A DNA stretch of 64,000 nucleotides from Cirrosporium novae-zelandiae (taxonomy: Eukaryota). A program made the translations under genes and the position numbers. Below the pieces are notes generated by a model. That model did not search any database and was not told the origin of the DNA. It saw only the letters and a list, made by a program, of their open reading frames with translations. This document shows, piece after piece, positions 36,435 to 49,901 of this stretch (the stretch's first letter is position 1; each line of letters starts with the position of its first letter). Location of the stretch: positions 868,001 to 932,000 of the forward strand of contig JAPETS010000007.1 in the NCBI GenBank assembly GCA_026023565.1, read 5' to 3'.

Positions 36435-37829
36435 ATGTCAGCCTATCGACGTCAATTGATATTCGATCATAACTCTGCAAAGCCTTCACGTCAGCTCACG
36501 AGGAGGCAATCCGTATCCACTAAAGCAATCCATGGCTTTTATTTTGATTTCGAGGTTGAGAGTACAAAACCTAAAACAGTCCAAGAGAACAAGGCCACAG
36601 AAACGGAAGATGAAGCTCCAAAGGCCCAAGGGGTTATCGTTGGGGAAGACTTTGACGGTAGCGTAATATCCGGCTTGCCGATCGAAGGTCCAATGAAAGA
36701 GGATTCTGTAACGACAATTACAGACCGAGACGAAGACGTCGACGAGCCTCCACCTAATATTGAATCACAAGAGAGATCAGAGGGCGCTGTTGGCGAACCT
36801 TGGCCGATCCGTGCTGTTAATGAACTCGGACTGGATGACGAGAGAATCAAACGCCAGGTGATGAGCTTGCGATCGAGAATCAAAGCTTGGGCCGGTCACA
36901 CCTTTCGAGCAGCAGAGCCGAACGGACACAAATTCCGGCGCGACAAGTTCTCCCATAGCTTATACCACCAACCCTCGAGTCTTGATATTTTATCGTTGGT
37001 AACACCAGAATATCTACGACTAGCACGTAAAGAAAAAATTGTAACGCTAGCTCAGGCTTTTGTCTGGAAATGTCTAGTTGACTCGGTATTCGGTCAGTCC
37101 ATCTGGGCTGGTACGCCTTGCACCGAATCTTGGAGGGCCAAATATTGCCCATCCCACAAAGCATTCAGAGCTTTTCAGAGTTCTCTACGGCCATGTATGT
37201 GGAACTATTTTTGCGAATGTGAAAGCATTAGTATCTAACTCCGATTGATTTTAGTGCCGGACGCTTCAAACGAAGAAAAAGAGAGGTTTAATGAATGGCA
37301 GTCTTTGACTGCCAGGCTATTGGGCAAGAAGACGCTTGAACACCATTCGAAGTGTATAAATCATGGGATTTGTAGGATCACCGATCAAATAGCAGGCTAC
37401 CTAAAGCCATTTTGTGAAGACAAGAAAAAGTTTCATGTTCAATGCGTCGGAAATAACTCCGCAGACGACTCGCTTCAACGAATCATAGCAAGTGCTGTCA
37501 AGTTAGATGCGCTTCTCGCGAAGCAAAAGGCATTCTTTGCATTCTTCCCTGTCTTTCAGTATCAGCAAGTGCCAATTCTGATGTACGATTCCCAGATTAT
37601 GAAGGGCAGCTTTGATATGAGAAGAGTTAAAAAGGCAAAAGCGGCTGGTCGTCAAATAGTAGTGGACCTCGTGGCAGAGCCTGGTTTGCTGAAGCGAGGG
37701 AACTCTGAAGGAAAACAGTTAGAAGAACAGTCCGTGACATTGAAGGCTACTGTCTTCGGACCCAGAGACAGGGAAAAGTCTGATTTTGTGAGAGATTGGG
37801 CACTGTGCAGTCATGATTGTATTAGGTAG
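36435..37829 (+). CDS. Hypothetical protein sharing its C-terminal domain pattern with the 20906 gene
   Basis: Two ORFs joined in frame by intron 37195-37254; EWQSLTARL..SLQRIIASAVKLDALLAKQKAFF..LVAEPGLLKRGNSEG..TLKATV. Confidence 0.8.
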
Positions 37830-38797
37830 TTCAACTTTTAAGGGCCCGTTGCTCCAAGGTTCTTAGGGGCTAGATGCAATGTCCACCATATAAAAGGTAG
37901 CCACCACTTTGTAATTGTCACGACGCCTAGGATATGATGAATATCTAGGTGTGACTGTGTGGATAATGTATTGGTTGAAGATGCTAAGCTAGGGTGGAGG
38001 CTCACTTTGTAAGGTGAGTCTAGGGTGCGTGCCCTAAGGTCTAGCCTAATAGGGAACCGCAACAGTAATATTAACATATATGCATACCAAATTATACGTA
38101 AGATTCGTCAGCACACTCAGGCCTGATTCAAGGCTTTAAATATCTTATTAAGAATCACACATGGTAGTTTTGGTCTCCGGTGCTGTTATCTTAACACACT
38201 CGCTAGCTTTCCGGAGATCCTCATCCTTGTGCATGAAAGGACGAGGAGCCCCTAAAAGTCTCTTCAATATAATCTTGTCCCCTGCGTCGATCATCTTCTT
38301 GCATAAGGTTCACCTTAGTCTCGCAGGAGGTCATACCTAGCCATGTATACTATTGGCTGAGGTGGACGTGATTGTTTTGGGTACTATGGATAACGTAGAT
38401 ATTATAAAGGTCGATGAAGATAGGATCGAGGTAGGCCAGGAGGGAAGGATCCATAGGATTGTGAATTTCGTACTTGCAGCTAGGTATAGCTGATACTATT
38501 TCGAATATCATCTTGAAGTTAAAAGTTTGACGTTGGAACTACAAAGTATGAATTTTCCCTATGCCGCAGTATTATTGCATCATCGCTTATCACTTATCGC
38601 CTATCGCCTGTCGCTCACTTACATCCCAAGTTCTCGACCATTCCTCGGTTATTAAAAAGAAGTTTCATATGTACCATTTTAGAGAATTAATATGTCCCTT
38701 GCGCTAGTACAAGGTGAGTTGATAGTAGTACCATTCCCGCTCTTTCATATCTCTCGTTTCTCCTCCCCATTCCATTGTCCCGCCAACAGGTATCAAA

Positions 38798-40193
38798 ATG
38801 ACGACAGAACCAGCTTCTGTTATAATCATTGGAGCTGGCGTCGTTGGACTGACATTGGGTCAAGCTCTTAAGAAGGTGAGATGATCAGTATCTCATGATT
38901 ACTTTGATGCCTCTTCACACAAGCATTACTCTGATGCTATAGTTCGAACCAGCAAAATATTCCTTTTTGTATTTATGAACGAGATGAGTCTCCCTTCTCT
39001 CGTGGCCAAGGTTGGGCTATTACGCTGCATTGGGCTCTTCCCTACCTTTACAAAATGCTCCCCGCCTCTATCATATCTCGTATAGAGTCCATTCAAGTCG
39101 ATCCTAATAATTCTGGAGAGAATGATAAGGGTAATTTCCTGTTTCTAAACCTGCAAACTTGCGAAATCAAGTGCAAGATTCCACCAAACCTTCGATGGAG
39201 GATCAGCAGAGAGAAGATGAGGCAGGCACTGTTAATGGGATTGGAAGATAATGTAAAATGGGGGAAGAGGGTAGTCGATGTGAAAAAGGTTGAAGATTCT
39301 GAAGCAAATAAAGTTGGTTCTACGGTTAGAGTCAACAACCCGCGGATAAAGGTTATATTCCATGATGGCACCAGCACAATGGGCTTAATTGCACTGGGGA
39401 TTGAGGGTAGTTGCTCAGTAATCCGACAAATACTGCGACCAGATGCCTACAACATGAAACAACTTCTTCTGCGTTTTACCGGTGTTGCCATTACACTTAC
39501 CCCAGACCAAATAAAGCCACTCCGAGATCTTGATCCTCTGCTCTTCCAAGGATGTCACCCTGAAACTGGGACGCACCTGTGGTACTCTGTTTTGGAGACA
39601 CCATCGACAAATGGAACAAAAGGGAAAGAGCAGGAACTCTATAAAGCACAAATATGTATGTCGTAGCCTATAAAAGGCCCTAATGATGAAGTTTCGGAAA
39701 CAGATGAGGGGAGAATCAAAAACATGAAAAGGAGAGCACAATGCTTTGCATCTGTGTTTAGAGATGCGGTCAATCTAATACCGGAAAATAGCTTATCGAT
39801 GGAAGTCAAATTAGCGGATTGGGAATGCTTAGATTGGGATAACCACGGTGGAACACTAACCTTGGTGGGAGACTCGGCACATGCAATGACCATGTGTAAG
39901 ACTTGCCCTTTCTTCCCTCCCTACCAGCGTAACTAATTTTCCTTTTAGATCGTGGTGAAGCAGCGAACCACGGACTACTGGACGTATTCAATCTTCTTTC
40001 TGTTCTCTTGGATATATAAATTGGCAAATCTAGTCCTAAAGAGGCGATTGACGCATACGAAACAGAATTGAGGAAGTGAACAAGAAGAGCTGTATTGCTC
40101 AGTAGATAGGTATGCATTGGCGGGCATTCATGGAAGAGATTGAATGAGGATAGTCCCGTTCTGATGAAGAGGGCTATTGATACAAAAGTCTAG
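38798..40193 (+). pseudogene. FAD-dependent (FAD_binding_3) monooxygenase pseudogene
   Basis: VIIIGAGVVGL, IYERD..QGWAITLHW, TLVGDSAHAMTM/RGEAANHG; in-frame stops TAG 39664, TAA 40017, TGA 40077, TAG 40107. Confidence 0.88.
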
Positions 40194-40412
40194 GTTCTCT
40201 CATGTTGTTGGCCTTAATACTACGTGTAATGTTTAGTCGATGTAAAAATATAAAATGAATTACTTAAGCAAGAAAACTAATTAAGATATATAGCACGTGA
40301 CTAGATTATTATGCCGTAGCCGCTTCTGAGCTTCCGAATACCGGCTTCCGGTTTCCGACCTCCGACGGAGTGAAGTTGAGGGAACCATGTCGGTGAAGCT
40401 CTAGCTAACAAA

Positions 40413-42458
40413 ATGTCCACCCGCTTTTCACGTCAAAGGATGCAAACCTCCAACCAAGCCTTGTCTTCTTTTTCTCAGTTCAGCATAAAAACAACTAATA
40501 ACAGCCCACTAGAATCCTCACGATCTCGCAAAAGGGACCGAAGAGTCCTATCTTGCGAACCATGTCACCGTCACAAGGTCAAATGCAATCGCCGCCAACC
40601 CTGTGAGCGCTGTACAGTTTCTGGTAGAGGAGACAAATGTGTTTATAAGCCTTTCCCTTCTGCTGAGGGCCCAGCATGTGAGCGGAACACTAGTTCCCCG
40701 AGTGTTCTAGTGCGGCCACCGAGGGTGACGTACTATAGCAATGGAAGGGCTAGGATCAGCGGCGCGACACATTGGGCAAAGCTTGTACATGAGGTATGGG
40801 AATTTTGATATTTGATAATTTTTGCTAAATGGTATGTAAAACTGCAGTTTGAGGAAGCTAGACCATATGCATTTGGTCTCGTTCCTGAATATTCAGACAC
40901 GTTTCGACGGGTGAAGGACCTGAAGTATCTGTACCCTCCCAGAAGAAGCCGTAACTTCCCGTTCGGGGACTCAATCACAGGTATGTGGTCAAAGTCCCTA
41001 GTTCTCCAGTTTCTACCCAATCGCGCTACGGTAGAGATGCTTGTGGAGAACTATATGAACACCTTCGAACGGACCCATCGCCTTTTCCACCCTTCTACAT
41101 TCCGAGCAGAATTATCTAAATTCTGGGATAACCAAGAAGAGACTAGCGATGCCTGGCTCTCACAGCTATTAATGATGCTCTCTCTCAGCTGCCAGTCTGC
41201 CCCCCAAAGTGCTTTCGACGGTTTGGATGACGACCGGACAGGTCTAGCGGAGAAGTGCCTCGATGCAGCCGAGGCGACCTTTAAGCGTTCGCCATTTATG
41301 ACCTATCCTGATGTTGCTGTTGTAAGAACTCTGTGTATGATGGCGGTTGCGAAAGCGATGGATATTGTTACTCTCGACGATTCTGGTAGTCTGTGGATGC
41401 TCATGGGCTTCATCGTTCGACTAGCGATGTCGATGTCCTTACATAGGGATCCCAAATGGTTTCATGGAATGCCTGCTTTTGAAGCCGAGATGCGCAGGCG
41501 TATTTGGACAACAATTGTCTTCCTAGACTTGAGCGTTGCGATCCAATCTGGAATGTCATTTGTTATCAGCCCCAGCGATGCCGATACCAGTCCTCCATCA
41601 AATCTGGATGATTTAGGCCTAGATGAACCAGGTCGACTCGATCCGCCTACCCAAGAGGAGATCAAGTTTACCGATTCCACCTTTCAGATCAAACTTGCGC
41701 AATCATTTTCAATTGTTTCATTTGTCATTAGCAATATGAACTCTGCAGAACCAGGCATGAAATATACAAAAGTTATTGAATGCGATACTAAGATTCGAAC
41801 ATTACTTCAGGAAGCTCAGCTAGTATTCGCAGTCGTACCGGACAACGGAAGTGATCCAATCCGGTCTCGAACAGCTTTGCTTCAACAAACGATGTTTGAA
41901 ATATTTTTACGTCGTACTCTACTTGCACTGCATCAACCGTATGCATTAGATTCTCAAAGTTTGTTAAACCATCAAACATCTCATTGGGCCGTCCTGGAGT
42001 GTTCTTTAGCACTCCTACATTGCCAGCAAAGTCTACAGGAGCTTCTTGCTGGACGAACATCTATCCAATGGTTTGCTGAGCTGTTCAAGGGTGATTTCGC
42101 CTTTGCTATTCTCTACGTGATATTGGGACTTCGACGGAAGGACTTTTCGGACAATCCCGATGGAAAAGCGGGCCGTCCAGCCAAAGATACTGTTTGGGCT
42201 GCTTTGAGAGCTTGTGTTGATATATTACAGGGACAAGTCGGGCGCTCTGTCTACCACTTTAAAATCTACATGGGGATCATGTGGCTGGTAGCGGCTCTCG
42301 AGGCTTTGGATTCTGGTTCCTCAATGCTTGACTGCATGGAACGAGCCGGGAAAACCATTATCGAGACCGTACAGAGAAGCAGACCTGCCCCAGCATCATC
42401 CACTACCTTCCCAATCACCACAGACCTGGTAGATGACATATTTTCTACATCTCCCTAG
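40413..42458 (+). CDS. Zn(II)2Cys6 transcription factor with fungal-specific TF middle domain
   Basis: CEPCHRHKVKCNRRQPCERC..C; SGATHW; AMSMSLHRDP..AEMRRRIWTTI; intron 40794-40847. Confidence 0.93.
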
Positions 42459-42851
42459 CCATTACCGCCGGTGCTCTACATACATCAAACTACTTTATAG
42501 ATGATCCATAACAGATCACGGCCGTCCGATCTAGCAGACCGTGGGTTCAAATAGACTAGGCTAGACGATAAGCATTCAGTCAATAAATTGTTTGAATATT
42601 ATCATAGGGCAATACATATTTAGAAAGCCTAGGTAGTGAATTTCGTTGAAATTTGCCAACAGTTTGCCTTTCTCCTCAGATGTATAGGTCGAAAATCATT
42701 CTCACTATGAGCTCTGCAAATAAAAAGGACTGTATACTCTATATAGTCTATTAGTCTAATATTCCAAAGTCCAGGGTCCTGCAATACTTCTAGCGTCTAA
42801 CAAAGTGAACGCGAAAGATCGCCGTTTATAACGCTTATAATGCACCACCCG

Positions 42852-44299
42852 TCAGACAATCAACCTCCCTTTAGCATACGAGAACCTTGCCCACAACATC
42901 AGAAAAGACCCAGCCATCACCACCGAACCGCTGAATATGATGGCTTGAGAGTATCCTCCATAACGACTGATCATGGCGCCAGTGATTGGAGTCCCCGTAA
43001 GACCAGCTAAACCAAAACTCCCTGACGCCATTCCGATATAAGTGCCAATTTGGTTTGGGTGTGGTGCAACTTGGCCAAGGGTCGCAATCATAAGTGCAAT
43101 AATGGCTCCAGATGTTGCTCCGTAAAGAATTGTTAGAGCTATGATTCCTGCTGTGGAGGTGATATGCAGCCAACTGAATATGAGGATAGCAGAGGCGAAG
43201 CACGCCGCTACCACCACATTAAATTGACCAGCACGCAAAGAAAGAATTCCACCTATCATTCGTCCTACCAATGATCCAGCGTTGAGCAGAGCGACGAGGT
43301 AGGTGGCCAACTGGCTACTCATGCCATGTTCTAATCCGTATGTCGAGAGGTAGAAGAAAGGCGTCCACATGCCCCAAATGATGAGGAAGAGACCGACAAC
43401 CTGAAGGCTATACGCGGGATCGAGAAATGCTTTTGGAAGAAGCCATGTGCCCTTTCTTGGCTTGACACCAGGCCGGATGGTCATGCATGCAGCAATAGCC
43501 AAGCACATCCCCAAGAATCCGACGATCCGCTGGGTCCAGCCGAAACCGAGTGACGATCGGTTGAGGAGTCTAGTAAGCACTACCGGGATGATGATGCCGC
43601 CCATTGTAGATCCTGTCGAAGCAACGGACATTGCCATAGGCCTTTTTCGATGGAAATAATGTCCGACAACAGCAATGGCTGGTGCGTATATCAGACCGCT
43701 TGACATGCCAAACAGTACCCCCTGGCACAATAGGAATTGGTAATATTCTTTGCATATGCTTGTGAGCATCAAGGAGGCGACGAGCGTGACCGAAAACGGC
43801 CAGATTACGACCTATTTTGGGCGGCTCAGTATTCATTCAAACCGTCAGTGTGGTTGGAGGAACAATAACTCACGCGTGGCCCGTAACGATCACAAATCGG
43901 CCCGGAGATGATGGTAGCCGAGAACTGAGAGAAGGTTTGGATTGAGCCGATCCAAGCAATATCTGAAGCCGACTTGTGACGAAGAGTGTTTTGCAGGTAA
44001 AATTCTTCGTAAACACTATCCAAAACAATTAGAGACGGCCCAGGCGATTCCAGGGTCTGGAAGGGGAGAATGCAATACCCAAATGAAGTCACATATCCAA
44101 ATGTATAGAAGAGGGCACACCAACAACCCAAGACGGCCATCCATCCTTGCACACCTCCTTCGGGGGCAAGAGGTGGTATCGACGTGGAAACATCCTCGTC
44201 GGTATCGCCAACCTCGACAGAAATTCTTTCTGGAGTTGGTGGTAGTTTCACCTGCTGCTGCTCTGGATCGACAGATACCTTCTCTGTAGTTTCAGACAT
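42852..44299 (-). CDS. MFS monocarboxylate-porter-family transporter, multi-exon
   Basis: PEGGVQGWMAVLG, IAWIGSIQ, GPICDRYGPR, YQFLLCQGVLFG, HYFHRKR, multiple TM segments; start MSETTEK at 44299. Confidence 0.92.
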
Positions 44300-45149
44300 G
44301 ATCGGAATGATTAACAGAGCACCAAATAAATAGCAAAGGCGTGAAGAATGTCGATGTTCCAAAATCCATTCTTGACAGGAGCACTCAGGGAGGGTTATAT
44401 AGCCTTGCCACAGCTGAGGATTCATGCATGTTTAATATTCAAGCTTTGTTTAACAGGCAGCTCGCCACGGTAGTTACTTGCTAGGAGATAGAATTCGGTG
44501 TTAAATTCTGTAGGTGGTACTATGGGAATTCTAGTCCATCGGCGATATTCCTTCCTAATTAGGAAATATCGGCGTTAGAGATTGCACTGACTAGCCCTAC
44601 CCACCAGACTAGTCCCAAGTAGATCCTGGAGATTAGATTAGATGGCATATCCCACACGCTAGCTGGAACTTGGACCCCAAAAGGCAATTCATATCTATGC
44701 ATTAACAAATCACCTTCTCCCCTCAGAAGCAAAGCCAAAAAGATGACGGTCGAGCTTATGGCCTTAAGCGAAACAATGCAGGTGGGTCATAAATTAGTCT
44801 ATGAATCCCTTAGACTAACACCATATTTTCCTAATCGAGGTTGAGTATCACCGACCAACTACAATTTTGATATAAATTACAACATGCGCCATCCACCAGC
44901 AGGTAGAGATTTTCAGGGGCCAGTGATGGTTGAGGATTAGCCAAAGAAGAACTATGAATAGTAGTGAGATCGATCCAGACTAAGTCGTTTTCGAATCTTC
45001 CCGGCTTTCGGTAAGGCATAATGAGCTGTCTACGAATTTATAAGCTCTAATGTGCCATGTTCTCGCCTGCTCTCTTCCGAAGAAATACATGCCCAAAGGT
45101 TTCATATCACTCTTTTATTTCGTCTTCTAGTACAATCATTACTATGCTT

Positions 45150-46150
45150 AAGGAATCTTCACTTCACCTAGCCCTATCCCCATCCCCACTTTCCACAACA
45201 TCATTTATTTTTTTTAAACCAAAAACACTGTCATCATTGGCAGTAGGCTCAGGAGAATTATTCTCTCACAAGTACTTGCTTCATAACTCCCAGATTCCGT
45301 TCTGGATCTTCAAACCATCGATCCTAAAGCCGAACGAAACGACAACTCCCCCCCTCACTACTACTATTACTACTAGGAGTAAAAAAAAATTTAGAAACCG
45401 ATGATTTTAGGGAGTTATGGAGACGGAGGGGGGGGGTATGAATGGGATTAGGATATTGAGATGGGATGGTGGATTGGGGAGGTGTGGAGGTGTGGAGGGT
45501 GAGAGGGAGGCCGGGAAGTGAAGGAAGGGGGTGTAAAGTATTAAGAGGGACGATAATGTTGATGCTGATGGAAAAGGGGTTTTACCGTATGTGTATGTGC
45601 CTGTGTATTTTAGTATTTTAGTTAATTCAAGATAGAATATGTATACCCCACCTAACACCTCTCTCACCTGAATCAATACTCCAAAATTCAGTATTTTTTA
45701 TTTTTATTCTTCTTAGACTATTCCCCATTTACTTATCCGTGAATAATAATATTAAACTAAATATGGTGTTTCAAGTTGTTTTTTTAGTTATGGAGCTCGG
45801 ATTTCTTGGATTTTGATTGGATGTTATGTTATGTTCAGTTATTTGGGTAGTTTGTATATAATGTTACAAGGGTGTTGTGTGTGTGTGTGGATACCCCGGC
45901 CTTCCTTCCCCCAAGAAAAAGAGATGGTTTTCTGGTTGAGAGTCAAGGAAATAAGGGAAAAGTAGAGAAATGGAGATAGGGCCAGATTTCACAAAGGTCC
46001 TGGTTCCTGTCCCTGGTTTCTATCCCAGGGATGCATCTCTTTGCCTCTTTTTCCCTTGACTGTTCGTGTTGAATTGTTGTGTAATGTGTGAGTGTGTCCC
46101 GGGTATCTCAATATTCCAAAATCTCAAAAAAAAAAAAAAAGTCCAGTATC
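45150..46150. repeat. Low-complexity block
   Basis: Poly-A/T, (TAC)n, (TG)n, G-rich and C-rich tracts between the MFS and ADH genes. Confidence 0.6.
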
Positions 46151-46189
46151 ACCCAATCACCATCCACCCACTTTCCATAATTAATTCAT

Positions 46190-47667
46190 TTATTTACTCG
46201 TATCGACAACCACCCGTCCGACAATCTTTCCTTTTTCCATCTCCTCAAAAATACTCTGGAGCTGACTCAATCCCCTAATCTCGAATGGTGCCTTGATGAG
46301 TCCTCTTTCGAAGAAATCCAACGCCTCGGCCGTATCGCGTCGGTTACCCACATAGGATCCCTTGATGTTAATCATTTTGACCACGGAGTCGAACACTGGT
46401 GCTTGGAACTGTGCGCCCGCTGGCATTCCGATCATGACAATAGAACCGCGGGGACGGACATATGCTGCGGCCTGCTTGAACGGGCCTTCGTTAACGGCGA
46501 GGAGAAGGACAGCATGTGGGCCAAGACCATCCTTGGCTGTAGCTTTCACGTCCGCAATGACATCTTTGGAGGTCGTGAAGTCGATAAAGTGTTCGGCGCC
46601 AAGTTTCTTGCATGCTTCTTCTTTGGCCCTTCCACCGTCAATAGCTACAATTCGGAGACCCATGGCTTTGGCATATTGTTGCGCGAGTGAGCCGAGCCCA
46701 CCACCGGCGCCGACAATGGCGACAGTTTGTCCTGGCTTGGCGCCGGATTCCTTGAGACCTTTGTATACGGTTATGCCGCCACATAGAATGGGGGATACGG
46801 CGTCAAGGGGAGTGTCGGGAGCGATTCGGGCAACATGAGCGGCTTTGGCAATGCAGTATTCTGTAGTTTGTGGTTAATGGTGGGATTGGATGGGAGAAAC
46901 TGGGAGTGATAAGTACGTTGGAATGTTCCATCAACCGTGTAGCCGGAGAGAAGTGCATCTTGGCAGAGGGACTCATCGGATGCTTGGCAGTAGTCGCAGG
47001 AGAGGCAAGATCCGTTGAGCCACTATGGGATTATGATTAGTCGTTATCAGAGATAATAATGTGAAGTGATAGGCGAAGAAACTCACTTTCACGCCAGCGT
47101 GATCGCCTATTTCAACATCCTTGACTAGATCTCCTCGGGCTACCACAATACCGGCGCCTTCGTGACCACCGATAAACGGCATTTTAGTTGGGAGTGGCCA
47201 GTCGCCGTGAAGTGCATGCAGATCGCTAGTAACATATGTATGTTAGTTTAATCGTATTTCATTTATCCTCCGGTGGAGGTTGAATAGAGTTGCTTACGTG
47301 TGACAGACACCAGAGAATTTAATATTCACCAATACCTCGTCTGGTCCTGGTTTTGGGATGGGAACTTGTTTGAAGGTGACAGCTATTCAAGAGAAACATG
47401 TCAATATTCGGATCCTTATCCCGATGGAACTTTAACATCACGTCTCAACGTACGTCCTCCATGTTTCTCGCACACCTGGGCCCATTGCTTATCCGGTAGT
47501 GCTGGTGCGGCCTTGGCGTAGAATAGTGAGTTTGTAGGGTGGTAGAATCGGTAGCCAGATTGAATCTTGAAGGCACTCTTGGAAGATTGTGTGAGGAAGG
47601 ACTTGGCGGGCATCCGGAGAGATGCGGTACATCCAATCCGATAGGACCTTGAAAGTAGGGACGCCAT
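46190..47667 (-). CDS. adh1: Zn-dependent alcohol dehydrogenase (ADH1-like) with N-terminal extension, multi-exon
   Basis: [73 protein letters not shown]. Confidence 0.93.
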
Positions 47668-49901
47668 GGTGAGTGAACTTGGACTGACGGTATATGGTGG
47701 GTGGAGGTTGGTGGTGGTGGTGGTGGTGGTGGATGAGTCAAGTAGAAATACAAGGTCAATTGAAGTAAAACGGATTGGTCAACAACCTATTCCTTATATA
47801 CCAACTCCTCATACAAATGCACTCAATGTCAGTAAGGAAACATAAGACAATCCAAGAGAGGCATCTCCTCGGTCTTATATGCGACGCTCATGATTCCCTG
47901 TGATTCTTGTCCTCTAACCTCAGTGGTCTGATCACTGGGTGTAGCGTCGAGTCAATCTGCCATGGTGGATTATTTACTCCGTCCAGAAAGTCGATTAAAT
48001 CCACTTATGGGGACTCGAGGTAGATTGGTTTGAGGTCTTGGGGGAAGGTTCGTATGTCGACAAAATATCAACCATCGGCTATCTCCGCCTAATGCCACAG
48101 CCGCCATGAACACATTGCAGGTCGTTTTCCTTTGAGAAATTTCTAGGAGAGACATGGTAATTTTCGGGTATTTCTGATTCATTCAGATGTATTATCGTAT
48201 GGATGGGTGAATTTGTGGAATTTTTCAATTGATTTTATTCCATCTTTAATCCCTTTCGCCTTGATGTTCTGTGACGCAGACCTGTTCCCTTCTGGTTCCC
48301 TTCTGGTTCCCAAGAGCTTATTCCACAGTTTGCGGACCAACGGGTTACGTCGTAGTGCAAATGCTAGCCAACCTCGGTTAATGCTATCAGCATTACATCC
48401 CACGTCCGTAAAACACTTCCATCATGGTGGCATCTGATTCAAGGATATTCGTTGAGCAAAATGAGAAATAATAGTTTCCCTTAGCTTCAATCCAGTCCGA
48501 ATATCGAAGAAATGTAGAATATTCCGCAGCCCCCGTGACAATTTTCCTGAATCCTATTTAGCTACCTAGCTATCTCACCATCCTCCCAGCTTCATCGGAT
48601 TTATCTTGGAGCTTGTTGCCATGGCTCTAGCAATAGCAAAGATTCCAGGAACTGCAATGATAGGAATTCTGCTGGTCAAAGAGTCCTGGGTTGGAAAATG
48701 GTGGTACCTCCTTGTAAAGCTCATAGCTCATAGCTCGCAGCACACCCCATGGCACCCCACTCCATACCCCAACTTTCTACCTTTCCCGTCACACTGTTTC
48801 GGTGATGCCATCAATCAGAGAGCGGCCGTATACGCGGTTCGGTGCAAAACATGGCTATTTCGGTGCAACCTCCGCTCTCTGCCACCCTAGCATATTGCTG
48901 GGTTACCATTCCTCGGCATAGTCTGTAGTCAGATCCATTTCCCCATTTCTGCTCCAGATGCTTGCCAATGGCCTTCCCCGGAAGGGTCATAATTGATCAA
49001 GTTTTTCCAATTGGCTTCGTGCCATTTGTATTCCCCTCACCGTTCCATGCCAGCTATTGTATATTGTATGCACATGGTACATGGTGTTTAGTTGACGGGA
49101 TGGACAAGCCAGTTATATACCGCCAAGAGCCAACATGCTCACAATAGTGGAGAAAAGTTTCACTGGGTCTTGGAAATACTGAGTGCTGGGTTGTTGGTTA
49201 GTTAAAGATTCATCATGGCATTGCTAGCTGGATAAAAGGAATGATCCAACCCTGAAAAGATTTTTCATAATTTCGTCGCTCCAAGGATCGACCCGCCACC
49301 TTTAAAGGTTCCATGCTGCGGATCAGACAATTATAATTTACATGAATGTTTGAAAGGGTTAAAGTTTAAGAGTAACAGAATGACAGTGAAGAGAAGGGTA
49401 ATGAGTTCGGTTATTGTATGCCTGAGGCTCCATATATTTGGCACATATCCCGACGTGACCGAAGTGGCCGAATCCGATGGTTCTGTGGACCCCCCCCAAA
49501 CCTTTTCTCAACGACAACCCTGTCTACCTGTATGATAAAAATGGACAGTTTTCCGGACAAGTTGCCAGCATATATTTACTCTAGCTACAGTCTTCTAGAT
49601 CAACATAGCAGGATAACTTTCATCTTTTCTCCAGACCAACAGTCGTTCGATCCTTGGTACAAGTCCCAAGGGCCTAGTCGACTTCCTTCCAGCTTCTACG
49701 TTTGCTCCACTTGTTACCTTTTGCTATGGAGTTTTTACTATGGCCGTCTGCTCTTACCCTTTTCAGGGTTTACGTATTGGCAGTCTCTTCGTCTTCTTAA
49801 ATGGAGTTTAAGAGTTCTAATATTAGATACTATTTCATAGTCATCGAATTAACTATCTAATTAACTATCAAATTAACCATCCACCCAAAAGGACTATCAA
49901 A

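Noticed and set aside
37840..38520. Possible RIP-degraded gene upstream of the monooxygenase
   Set aside because: CTAG/TA-rich texture is suggestive, but I could not reconstruct a protein.
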